A program made the translations under genes and the position numbers. Below are positions 23,034 through 32,390 of a stretch of DNA of 64,000 nt, piece by piece. Positions within the stretch are counted from its first letter, which is position 1; each line of letters opens with the position of its first letter. A model generated the notes under the pieces. That model did not search any database. It saw only the letters and a list, made by a program, of their open reading frames with translations, and had not been told where the DNA came from. The DNA comes from an uncultured Planctomycetota bacterium. Its GTDB lineage: Bacteria > Planctomycetota > Planctomycetia > Isosphaerales > Isosphaeraceae. The stretch spans positions 2,624,001 to 2,688,000 of the forward strand of contig CAVTTN010000002.1 of assembly GCA_963737655.1 (NCBI GenBank), written 5' to 3'.

Positions 23034-23231
23034 TCAGGCCGCGTGGGCCCCGATCGTCGGCGGGCGGACCGCATCCGTATCCAGGGGGACGATCTCCTCC
23101 CGGTATACCGTCACGTCGCCCGGGGCCTCGATCCCGATCCTCACCGAGTTCCGGTCGATCTTCACGATCGTGATCCGCACGTCCGGGCCGACCTGGAACC
23201 GTTGACCGAGCTTCCTGCTCAGGACCAACAT
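23034..23231 (-). CDS. csrA: Carbon storage regulator CsrA
   Basis: MLVLSRKLGQ...VRIGIEAPGDVTVYREEI, 65 aa. Confidence 0.93.
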   Translation of the reverse strand: MLVLSRKLGQRFQVGPDVRITIVKIDRNSVRIGIEAPGDVTVYREEIVPLDTDAVRPPTIGAHAA

Positions 23232-23506
23232 GGCTCTCTCCTCCGATGTGTCTCGTCCGTGAGGGACAACCGGCAGACCACGTTGTTGCCGATCCGGGAA
23301 ACCCTCCACGCATCCGCCGTGCCGGCCGCGCGGCCGACGACCCCGAAACACCGAGAAACCCTTCGCAAGTCATCTTCAACAATCCATTTGGGATTTTTCC
23401 GAGTTTCTTCAGGCCTCGTCCCATCGGCGGGACGACCGCGGATCTTGAGTCCATTTTGTAAATTGTTCCCCTTGTAACTTTTTCCAGAGCCGACCGGAGG
23501 ACCCTC

Positions 23507-25954
23507 ATGGAAGCCGAGCCCGGGAAACCCCGTCCGGGACGGGGGACGCTCGCCTTCCTCGCCATGATCGCCGCCGTCCTCGGCAACCTCTGGCCGATCG
23601 GCCTGGGCGGGCGGATGCCGATCGGCGGAGACGTCACGGCGTTCTCGATCGGCCCCATGGCCGTCCTCTCCCGGTCCCTCAAGGCGGGCCGGCTCCCCCT
23701 CTGGAATGACCTCTGGGGCTATGGGTTCCCCGCCCTGGCCGAGAGCCAGATGGGCGTGTTTTATCCGCTTCACCTTATCCTGTATGGACTTCTGACGACC
23801 GAGGCCGCCTTCACCGCCAGCCTCGTCCTCCACGCCCTCTTCGCCGCCGCCGGGACTTTCTGGGCCGCCCGCCGGTTCGGAGTCGGACCCGTCGGGTCCG
23901 CCCTCGCCGGTTTCGCCTGGACCTGCTCCGGCTTCTTTCAGATCCACCTGAGCCACCACTGGGCCTACCCCACCGCGAGCTGGATGCCCTGGGCCTGGGG
24001 CCTCGCCTGGAAAGTGGCCCAGGGAGGGGGAGGACGACGATCGGCCGCCCTCCTGGCCTCGGCCCTGGCCCTCCAGGCCCTCCTCGGCCACTTCCAGCTC
24101 GGCTTTCAAACCGGGCTGTGCGTCGGAATCATCGCCGCCTGGACCCTGATCGATCACCGCGGATCGTTTTTTTTGGCGGTTCGACGCTCGGCCGCCGTCG
24201 CCGCGGCCCTCCTGGCCTCACTCCTCCTCGCCTGGGTGCAAATTGGCCCCACCTGGGACCTCGCCCGGCTCACCGAATCGAGCCGAACACCCGAATACCT
24301 CGGGGCCTTCGCATCTCCCCCAACTCACTTCATCAACCTGATCGCCCCAGAGCTGTTCCATCGCTCCTCGCTCTGGAGGTCCGTCGCCTGGGACCCGTTT
24401 CGGGCCATGCCCGAGGAGCACTTGCCCTATCTCGGGCTGATTCCTTTATTTCTGGCCCTGGTGTCCTTGAAACGCCTGCGTGGCGATCCCCCCACACGAC
24501 TCCTGATGGTGCTCTGCCTCTCCGGCCTCGTCCTCAGCTTCGGACCCTATGCCCCGGGATTCGCCATCCTCGTCCAATGTCCTGGTTTCTCCTTCTTCCG
24601 CGCCCCGGCCCGCTGGGATACCTCGCTGCTCCTGGCCCTGGCGATCCTGGCGGGCAAGGGACTGGACCTGCTGGGCGACCTCCGCCGACCCGGTAGGGCT
24701 CTGGCCTTGTTTAGCGTTTTGGCGGGGATCGGGATTGGCCTTGCGGTCCTGACCGTCGAGGCCGCCCTCGCCTCGGGCGAGAGACCCGAGGCGGGCGGGG
24801 CCTCCGGCCTGTTCGATCGGGCCTTTCGACTCATCCCAGACTCGGAAGTTGGGGCCTTCTCGAAGGCGATGAGGGCCGCCCGGACGCCGCCCACCGACCC
24901 GATCGCCCGCCTCGGCCTGATCCGCGAGGGGGCCCGGCTTGCTGATCTCGATCGCTTGAGGTTCGATCGGAAACGTTTTGAAATCTACGGTGAAGAATTG
25001 ATCGAGACTGGCCTTTTCCTCGTCATCATCCTCGCGTTCACGCCCACGGTCGCCCGGCATCGACGAGTCGGCAAGGCCCTTCTGCTCCTCTGCACCCTGG
25101 TCGATTTGACCGTCCTCGCCCGCCACCGGGGGATGGAAACGGCCCCCATCCGCCCCTTGACCAAACAAAGCACGGTCCTCGCCCGGATGGCGGCCGAGCC
25201 ATACGGGGCCAGGACCGTGGATGGGTTGAGGAACCTGCCGATGGTGGCCGGAATGGCGCCGGTGGCCGCCTATCGAACACTCGACCGTCCCGCGGTCCCT
25301 GGGCTTGCCCAGCTTGCCCTGGGTCCCCCATCAAGTCCAACGACCCTATCTGCGATAAGGGCGGTCGGCGCGACCCTCCGCGTGTTCGAACCCCTGGAAG
25401 TAAGCCCCGAATCGGCCGTAACCGTCCATGACCCCGAGCTTTCCGCCTGGATCTACGGCCGAGCCTGGTCGGAATCGGCCGAGGGGAGGCGTGCGAGGGG
25501 CTTCCGCCTCTGGCGTCCGGTCGCGAACCCAACCCGCGCCTGGTTTGTCTCGGGAGACGGGGTTTCCAACGAAGCAAACCCGGAGGAAGTCCTCCGGGTG
25601 CTGGCCGAGGCCCGGCCCCTGGAGTGGCGATTCGACCTCGACCGCCGCGAGATGATCGTGGACCTGGCAACCGACCAGGCAGGCTGGGTGATCGTCAGCC
25701 AGCTCGACGACCCGGGGTGGTCGGCTCGCTGGACATCCGGCCAAAAAACGCAGCCCGCCTGGGTCCATCCCGCATTCGGAACACGTCGCGGGGGGGCCTG
25801 GCAGGCGGTCCAGGCTCCCGGGCCGGGAAGATGGACCCTTCAGCTGACCTATGCCAGTCGACCCGCCCGGATTAGGATGATCATGTCGGCCGGGGGCTGG
25901 CTCCTCGCGATTGCCGTGATCGCCTGGCCGAGCAAGAGGACGAAGGTCGGATGA
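23507..25954 (+). CDS. YfhO-like polytopic membrane protein (GT-C-type glycosyltransferase-like)
   Basis: GRLPLWNDLWGYGFPALAESQMGVFYP motif, many TM segments, FRAPARW, C-terminal PGWSA..LQLTY domain. Confidence 0.7.
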   Translation: MEAEPGKPRPGRGTLAFLAMIAAVLGNLWPIGLGGRMPIGGDVTAFSIGPMAVLSRSLKAGRLPLWNDLWGYGFPALAESQMGVFYPLHLILYGLLTTEAAFTASLVLHALFAAAGTFWAARRFGVGPVGSALAGFAWTCSGFFQIHLSHHWAYPTASWMPWAWGLAWKVAQGGGGRRSAALLASALALQALLGHFQLGFQTGLCVGIIAAWTLIDHRGSFFLAVRRSAAVAAALLASLLLAWVQIGPTWDLARLTESSRTPEYLGAFASPPTHFINLIAPELFHRSSLWRSVAWDPFRAMPEEHLPYLGLIPLFLALVSLKRLRGDPPTRLLMVLCLSGLVLSFGPYAPGFAILVQCPGFSFFRAPARWDTSLLLALAILAGKGLDLLGDLRRPGRALALFSVLAGIGIGLAVLTVEAALASGERPEAGGASGLFDRAFRLIPDSEVGAFSKAMRAARTPPTDPIARLGLIREGARLADLDRLRFDRKRFEIYGEELIETGLFLVIILAFTPTVARHRRVGKALLLLCTLVDLTVLARHRGMETAPIRPLTKQSTVLARMAAEPYGARTVDGLRNLPMVAGMAPVAAYRTLDRPAVPGLAQLALGPPSSPTTLSAIRAVGATLRVFEPLEVSPESAVTVHDPELSAWIYGRAWSESAEGRRARGFRLWRPVANPTRAWFVSGDGVSNEANPEEVLRVLAEARPLEWRFDLDRREMIVDLATDQAGWVIVSQLDDPGWSARWTSGQKTQPAWVHPAFGTRRGGAWQAVQAPGPGRWTLQLTYASRPARIRMIMSAGGWLLAIAVIAWPSKRTKVG

Positions 25955-26963
25955 TCGACGTAGCTATTGTAGGGGCCAGCGGTTACGCCGCCCTTGAGCT
26001 GATTCGAATCCTCCTCCGTCATCCCGGAGCGAGGGTCGCCGTCGCCACGTCCCGCGCCGACGAGGCCCCGCGGCTCGACGCCATCCATCCCAGCCTGACC
26101 GGCCGGATCGACCTGAGCTGCTCGACATTTGATCCAGCCCAGATTGCCCAGACCTGTCCATTTGCTTTCCTTGCCCTGCCGCACGCCGCGAGCCTGGCTT
26201 CCGCCCCCGAATTGCGACGGCGAGGGGTCCGCGTGATCGACCTTTCCGCCGACTATCGCCTCAAAGATCCGCTTATTTATGCTGACTGGTACGACCACGA
26301 ACACACCGATCCCGCGGGCCTGGCGGAGGCCGTCTACGGCCTTCCGGAGCTTTTCCGCGAGGCGATCCCCGCCGCAGGCCTGATCGCGAACCCGGGATGT
26401 TATACCTCGGCCTCGATCCTGGGACTCGCGCCTCTTTTGGCCGAATCGAAGATCGAACCGACCCGGATCATCATCGACGCCAAGAGCGGGGTCTCCGGAG
26501 CGGGTCGGGCCCGAAGCTTTCGACCCTGTTCCCCGAGTGCAACGAAAGTTTGTCCGCCTACGGGATTGGCCGACATCGCCATACCCCCGAAATTGACCAG
26601 ATTCTCACCCAGGTGGCCGGACAAGGCGTCGAAGTCCTCTTCACCCCCCATCTCGTCCCGATGGACCGGGGAATCCTGGCGACCATGTACGCCGACCCCA
26701 CGCCCGGGCCGGTCGTCGAGCATGACCTGATGGACCTCTTCCGCGAGTTCTACCGGAGATCCCCGTTCGTGAGGGTCGTCGATCGGCCGCCGGCGACCAA
26801 GGATTCGGCCTATTCAAACTTCTGCGATATCACCGTGAAGGTCGTCCGCGGGAAGGTGCTCGTCCTCTCGTGCCTCGACAACCTGCTCAAGGGGGCGGCG
26901 GGAGTGGCCATTCAGAACTTCAACCTCATGACCGGCCATCCCGAGGCCACGGCCCTGCCTTGA
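25951..26963 (+). CDS. argC: N-acetyl-gamma-glutamyl-phosphate reductase, frameshift near 26510
   Basis: [42 protein letters not shown]; then [28 protein letters not shown] in the second frame. Confidence 0.95.
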
Positions 26964-26997
26964 GGCGATCCCGATCGATCCCCAGGAGGGGGAGCCG

Positions 26998-28662
26998 ATG
27001 AATCGGCCCTGGACCCGAGGATGGCGTGCCTGGGCCGTGGCCCTCTTGCTGATGGCCCCGGCCTCGATCCCCTATCTCACCCATTTCCTGGAAAACCGGC
27101 CGTATTCGCGACCCTCCGGCTATATCCAGCCCGACATGCCGATTTACATGGCCAAGGCCCGCGAATACTTCGATTCCGGTCGGTTTTTCCCCGTTTACGC
27201 AAATCCCTGCGGAGGTTCCTTCGACGGACCCCGCCTCTATTTCCAGCCCTGGACCCTGGCCCTCGGAGCGATCCATCGATTCGGAGGGGTCCGTCCCATC
27301 CTCCTCTTCCCCGCCTTCTGGCTCGTCACCGCATGGACGTGCGCCCGGGTGGCCCTGGCACTCTACAACGAAATCGTGGGCACGGAAACCCGGGCGAAAC
27401 GGGTGGCCCTGGGGCTTTTTTTCTGGGGGGGAGGGCTTTTGTGCCTCGCGGGAGCCGTCGTGGCCCTGTTCAGGACGGGTCACGTCGCATGGGACGATCT
27501 GTTCGCGCTCGACCCCTTCGAGGGGTGGTGGTTCCTCAATTTTGGCCGAAACCTCGTGTATCCCACCGAGTCGCTCTATCACGCCCTGATTTTCGGCACC
27601 CTCCTCCAGATGCTTCGCGGCCGGAACGCACTCGGGTGGCTCCTCGCGGCGCTGACCGCCACCTGTTCTCCATTCGCCGGGGCCGAAATCCTGGCGATCC
27701 TGGGGGTCTGGAACGTCTGGGAGATCATCACGGCAAGAGAGAGCCGCCCCAAATTAGCCAATTTATTGGTACTTTTCGCATTAATTGGCGGATTCTTGTC
27801 TTATTATACTTTCCTGCTAGAGAATTATTCCGAACATCGCCAAATTCGGGAACAGATGTCGCTCGACTGGCACCTGCCTCTGGAAAGTGCCGTGCTCGGC
27901 GGGGCGTTCGTGATTCCTCTGGCGACACTAGGGGTCCTTTCCTCCCGGGCGTATGCATCTCCCCGAGGTCGGCTCTTGATGAGCTGGGCGATGGCCGCGT
28001 TCGCCCTGTCGGAACACGATTGGTTGATCCAGCCTCGTCAACCTCTCCATTTTACCCGTGGTTATGCCTGGACCGCCCTCTTCTTCCTCGCCGCCTCGCC
28101 GCTGATTGGCCTGATTGAGCGTTTGGGCACACTGCGCCGCCCGTGGCGAGGAATCGCGACGGCCCTCCTCGTCCTGGCCTTTGTCTCGGATAATACGCTC
28201 TGGTTCTCCGGATTCGTCCGGGATCGGAAATCCCCGGGGCGGAATGGCGTTCGATTTCGGCAGGACGAATGGGAAGTACTGAGAACAATGGATCGGCCCG
28301 AGAACCGTAACGTCCTGGTTCTCTGCCAGGACGATCGGTTGAGTTACTGGATCATCGCCGAGACTCCCGCTCGCTCGTGGGTCGGTCATCACCTCGAGAC
28401 CCCAGGCTACCCAGACCGCCGGGCCGAGATTGAGGCCCTGTTCCATCATGGTCGTTTCCTGGCGGAATGGGAGAATCGGGAAATCCTGGTCATCGAGGAA
28501 AGACAGTCGGACGTTGATCGCTCGATCGAATGGGTCAAGTCGAGGGGCGGTTTCCTCGTCCTAAGCAATCGCAAGTTTCGGCTGTACCGGATCGTAACAA
28601 AGTGTCGGGCATTGCAGTCGATCCCGGGAAGACATGGACCGGAGGAAACAAGGCCGGACTGA
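26998..28662 (+). CDS. Polytopic membrane protein (possible GT-C fold)
   Basis: Multiple hydrophobic segments, an early luminal-loop D motif (QPDMPIY) and a soluble C-terminal domain. Confidence 0.6.
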   Translation: MNRPWTRGWRAWAVALLLMAPASIPYLTHFLENRPYSRPSGYIQPDMPIYMAKAREYFDSGRFFPVYANPCGGSFDGPRLYFQPWTLALGAIHRFGGVRPILLFPAFWLVTAWTCARVALALYNEIVGTETRAKRVALGLFFWGGGLLCLAGAVVALFRTGHVAWDDLFALDPFEGWWFLNFGRNLVYPTESLYHALIFGTLLQMLRGRNALGWLLAALTATCSPFAGAEILAILGVWNVWEIITARESRPKLANLLVLFALIGGFLSYYTFLLENYSEHRQIREQMSLDWHLPLESAVLGGAFVIPLATLGVLSSRAYASPRGRLLMSWAMAAFALSEHDWLIQPRQPLHFTRGYAWTALFFLAASPLIGLIERLGTLRRPWRGIATALLVLAFVSDNTLWFSGFVRDRKSPGRNGVRFRQDEWEVLRTMDRPENRNVLVLCQDDRLSYWIIAETPARSWVGHHLETPGYPDRRAEIEALFHHGRFLAEWENREILVIEERQSDVDRSIEWVKSRGGFLVLSNRKFRLYRIVTKCRALQSIPGRHGPEETRPD

Positions 28663-29052
28663 GGCACCCTTGTTCGCCGCCACGGCCTCGGGAATATCAA
28701 TCGCTGAACCCAAAGTAAGCAGATTGCACTGCTTGAATGATCTGCGCAATCTGTGGTAAACGCGTCATTTGTGGTTATCGAAGATCCGTGCTTTTGGACC
28801 GCTCAAGCCAAAATTCACCCAGGACGAGTGACGATCGCCAGGCGCTTGTCTCCCCATTTTGCCGCCCACTCTCGACATCGTTCCGCTTTAATAAAACCTT
28901 GGAACACGAACGAACGGTGTCCAAGTGATGCAAAATCGAAATGGATTCGACCTTTCGCGGCCCGATTGCGTATGCTGGTGGTGTCGATGATTCTGGGAGC
29001 CGACCGGGGAAGGAACCTGGGTCCGGTTTCCAGGCCCCTGAGAGAATGGTTG

Positions 29053-29307
29053 ATGATTTCCGCAGCCCCCGCCCCGGGCGAGGCCGCCGCGCTGGCCGCG
29101 ACGGTTCGCCGCCTGGCCTTGCTTGCCCACCGCCTTCATGGCCCCCACCCCGACCCGAGGGATGCCCGCGATTTCGCGCGCCTGGCCTCCCGCCTCCGAG
29201 ACGACCTGACCGACCGGCCTGATAGCTCGCTTTCGGCCTGGCTGACCAACCTGGAATGCCGGGTTTCGACTCGGGGCATCCTGGCGGATTCGGCCGGCCG
29301 AAACTAG
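29053..29307 (+). CDS. Small hypothetical protein
   Basis: GC-rich coding-like 84-aa ORF end; start uncertain. Confidence 0.4.
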   Translation: MISAAPAPGEAAALAATVRRLALLAHRLHGPHPDPRDARDFARLASRLRDDLTDRPDSSLSAWLTNLECRVSTRGILADSAGRN

Positions 29308-29444
29308 CGGTCCGCCTCCCTCCGCCGCCCCATCGCCGATTCCGGACCGGCCCCGACGGTGACTCCGCCGGGGTGGTCCGTTAGGATGGGTCCGGGGCCC
29401 GATTCGGAGCGTCCTCCCGTGGGGCCCGCCGAGGAGGCATCTCC

Positions 29445-30284
29445 GTGCCGTCGTTCCCTTTTGCCGAAAGCCCCGAGTTTCTCCGTCTTCTCCGGGGCGA
29501 CGGCGAACCCGACCTCACCCGCCTGGCCCTCGAGATCGCCAGGGACGCCTACCCCTCGCTCGACCCGGCCGACACCCTCCGCCGGATCGACGCGCTGGCC
29601 GCTCGCGTTCGCGACCGGTGCCCCGACGGCGCCCGGCCTCGCCACATCGTCGGCCAGATCAACTGGGTCCTCTTCGTCGAGGAAAAGTATCAGGGGAACT
29701 CGGAAGATTATTACGACCCCCGGAATAGCTATTTAAATCAGGTTGTCGACCGAAAGTTCGGCATCCCGATCAGTCTGTCCGTGCTTTACATGGCGGTTGC
29801 CGAGAGGATCGGCCTGGAGATGGCGGGTGTGAACTTGCCCGCCCATTTCGTGGTGAGGACGGGCCGGGGGACTTCCACTCTCTTCGTCGATCCCTTCCAC
29901 GGCGGGGCGATCCTCGATCGCTCGGGGTGCGAGGCGCGGGTCGCCGAGGTCACGGGTCAGGATGTCGCCTTGCCCGACTCGGCGTTCGCCCCCAGCGGAG
30001 TCGGCGAAATCGCGGCGAGGATGCTTCGCAATCTCAAGGCGGTTTACCTGAGATCGCAAGACTTTGCGTCGGCGCTGCCGGTTCTACGGCGCCTGGTCGC
30101 CCTGTCTCGGGAAGACCCGATCGAGAGGAGAGACCTGGGCGTGGCCTGCCTGAAGGCCGACCGACCGGGGGAGGCCCTGGACCACTTGCCCGCCTATCTG
30201 GAAGCCCGGCCCGAGGCCGATGACGCGGACGTTGTCGCCTCGCTGGTCCGCGCCGCGCGGCGTCAGTTGGCGGGGTGGAATTGA
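29445..30284 (+). CDS. SirB1/YchA family transglutaminase-like plus TPR protein
   Basis: YYDPRNSYLNQVVDRKFGIPISLSVLY, GVNLPAHF, VDPFHGG, RMLRNLK, ERRDLG. Confidence 0.88.
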   Translation: MPSFPFAESPEFLRLLRGDGEPDLTRLALEIARDAYPSLDPADTLRRIDALAARVRDRCPDGARPRHIVGQINWVLFVEEKYQGNSEDYYDPRNSYLNQVVDRKFGIPISLSVLYMAVAERIGLEMAGVNLPAHFVVRTGRGTSTLFVDPFHGGAILDRSGCEARVAEVTGQDVALPDSAFAPSGVGEIAARMLRNLKAVYLRSQDFASALPVLRRLVALSREDPIERRDLGVACLKADRPGEALDHLPAYLEARPEADDADVVASLVRAARRQLAGWN

Positions 30285-30501
30285 CGCCAAATTGGGCGTT
30301 CGCTTCTTTTCGGGAAATTTGTGTGGAGAGGCACGGCCCTCCCCGCCGATGAGATCATATGGACTGCTCTCGACTGGCTGGCTCGGCCCGGGTCGAGGGC
30401 GGTTCGCCCGGGGCCAGCCTCTCGGGACGTCGGCCGGAGCGCCGACGGTGGCCCGGGGGAACGTCCCTCCGGCTGTCCCCCCTCGACTTGCAGGAGGCCC
30501 G

Positions 30502-32310
30502 ATGCGCACCCCCGATCTCCCCTCCCGAGCCGCGTGCCTCCTCGCCCTCGGCCTGGCTGGTTGCTCCTCGATGGCGGGCCGTCCCCCCGGGATGACCTCG
30601 CGGCTCCGGACCTTCGCCTCGTCGGGCGAGAGGCCCTTGCTGGCCGACGCCGGTTCCCCGTCGTCCGCCACCGGCTCGGAACTGGCCGGCCTAGAGCCCC
30701 GAACCCCGGCCGACGGAAGGATTTCCGGCCGCGTCGTCGATGAACGCGGCGAGCCCGTGGCCGGGATTGAGGTCCGCCTGGCCGACGGTGGCTCGCGAGG
30801 CGGTCGCGACCTGAAAGACGTGACCGACGACTCGGGCGCCTTTACCCTCAAGGGTTTACGACCCGGGGCATCGTATCAGCTCGTGGCCGAGGAAGACGGT
30901 CAGGAGGGGGCGGTCGGCCGGGCCTCGGCCAAGGCGCCCAACGGTCAGGTCAAGATTCGCCTGGTCCGTGACGACCCCGGCTCGACGGAAGCCCGCGCGG
31001 CGACGGCCTCGGAGGAGCCGGCGTCGCGGGTTCAACGGGCCTCGGGTCGCGCCGCGACCGACGAGACCCAGGAGCCGACCCCTCGGCGACGATCTCGGGT
31101 GAATGAGGAGGACCTTCCCCCGGCCGAGGAGGCCGAGGCGCTGACCTCATCGACCGCCTCCGCACCCGGCCGGCCGATCTGGAAGCGCGTGGGGGCGGCG
31201 GGTTCGGCCCTGGCATCGGCCGACCGAAGTTCTCTTCGAGACTCAACTTCCGGCCCATCCGCATCACCCCGATCCCCGGCAACTGCCCCGGCCGAGGAGG
31301 AGGCGAACCCGCTGCCTCCCGCCAAGGAGCCTCCGTCGTCCCCCGCCCCGACCCCCGAGCCGGGCCCGGCGGCCTCGCCGCGGCCCGCGCCGGCCACGGA
31401 GTCCGCAAATCCTCCCTCGGCAACGACTTCGGAACATCCGTCCCCAGCTCCGGCGGAGGCCCCGGCGAGCGAGCTACCGCCTTCGCCCTTCCCCGGCGAT
31501 CTGCCCGCCTCGCCCCCGCCCGAACCGAAGCCCGCCGCACCGACCCCGTCGGCCTCGCCCGATCCGTCGGCAGGCAATTCGGGCACGGTCCCATCGACGG
31601 CCTTGAATGCCGAGGCCGCCCCCAAGAAGAAGACCACCTGGCAGGAAGTGACCGACCGCGAGACCGCCCCGGTTCGGCTGGCCTCCTCCTTTCCCCGGTC
31701 GGTTCGGCGGTCGGCGGCATCCCCGTCGGCCGTTGAGGAACCCGGAACCGTCGCGAAACGTTCTGGATTATTCGCTTCGCGGGGCCGAGCGGAGTCGGAG
31801 CCGGGCCTGGTTGCGGCCTCCTGTCAGTTCGATTCACGCAAGCAGAGGATCGTGGACTTCGTCCTGCCTGACCTCAACGGCAAGCCGATCCGGTTCCGCG
31901 ATCTGGACTCGGACTTCGTCCTCCTGGACTTCTGGGGAACCTGGTGTGGTCCCTGCCGCGAGTCGATCCCTCACCTTGTTGATCTCCAGAAACAGTATGG
32001 GGAGAAGGGGTTAACGATCGTCGGCGTGGCCTCCGAACGGGAGGGGAGTCGCGACGATCAGGCCAGAACGGTCGATGACCTGGCCCGGAAACTGGGCATC
32101 GACTACCCCCTGGTGCTGAGCGGGGCCGACGGCAAACCCTGCCCTCTCCAGGCGGCCCTGCACATCCAGAGATACCCGACCATGATCCTCGTCGATCGGA
32201 CCGGCCAGATTCGTTGGAGGGCGGATAACAGCCAGGAGACCACCCTCAAGCGCCTGGATCACGTCCTCGCCCGGGTGGTTGAGGGTCCATCGGGGGTCGT
32301 CCGGCGGTAA
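30502..32310 (+). CDS. Lipoprotein with carboxypeptidase-regulatory-like domain, Pro/Ala/Ser linker and C-terminal TlpA-like thioredoxin
   Basis: Lipobox LALGLAGC; GRISGRVVDERGEPVAG; DFWGTWCGPC; YPTMILVDRTG. Confidence 0.85.
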   Translation: MRTPDLPSRAACLLALGLAGCSSMAGRPPGMTSRLRTFASSGERPLLADAGSPSSATGSELAGLEPRTPADGRISGRVVDERGEPVAGIEVRLADGGSRGGRDLKDVTDDSGAFTLKGLRPGASYQLVAEEDGQEGAVGRASAKAPNGQVKIRLVRDDPGSTEARAATASEEPASRVQRASGRAATDETQEPTPRRRSRVNEEDLPPAEEAEALTSSTASAPGRPIWKRVGAAGSALASADRSSLRDSTSGPSASPRSPATAPAEEEANPLPPAKEPPSSPAPTPEPGPAASPRPAPATESANPPSATTSEHPSPAPAEAPASELPPSPFPGDLPASPPPEPKPAAPTPSASPDPSAGNSGTVPSTALNAEAAPKKKTTWQEVTDRETAPVRLASSFPRSVRRSAASPSAVEEPGTVAKRSGLFASRGRAESEPGLVAASCQFDSRKQRIVDFVLPDLNGKPIRFRDLDSDFVLLDFWGTWCGPCRESIPHLVDLQKQYGEKGLTIVGVASEREGSRDDQARTVDDLARKLGIDYPLVLSGADGKPCPLQAALHIQRYPTMILVDRTGQIRWRADNSQETTLKRLDHVLARVVEGPSGVVRR

Positions 32311-32390
32311 GCCGACCCGTTTCTCCCGGGTCGCTGGACTTCCCGATTGCCGACCTGACTTCCCTTCCGAAACGACGATATCGCCTCGGG

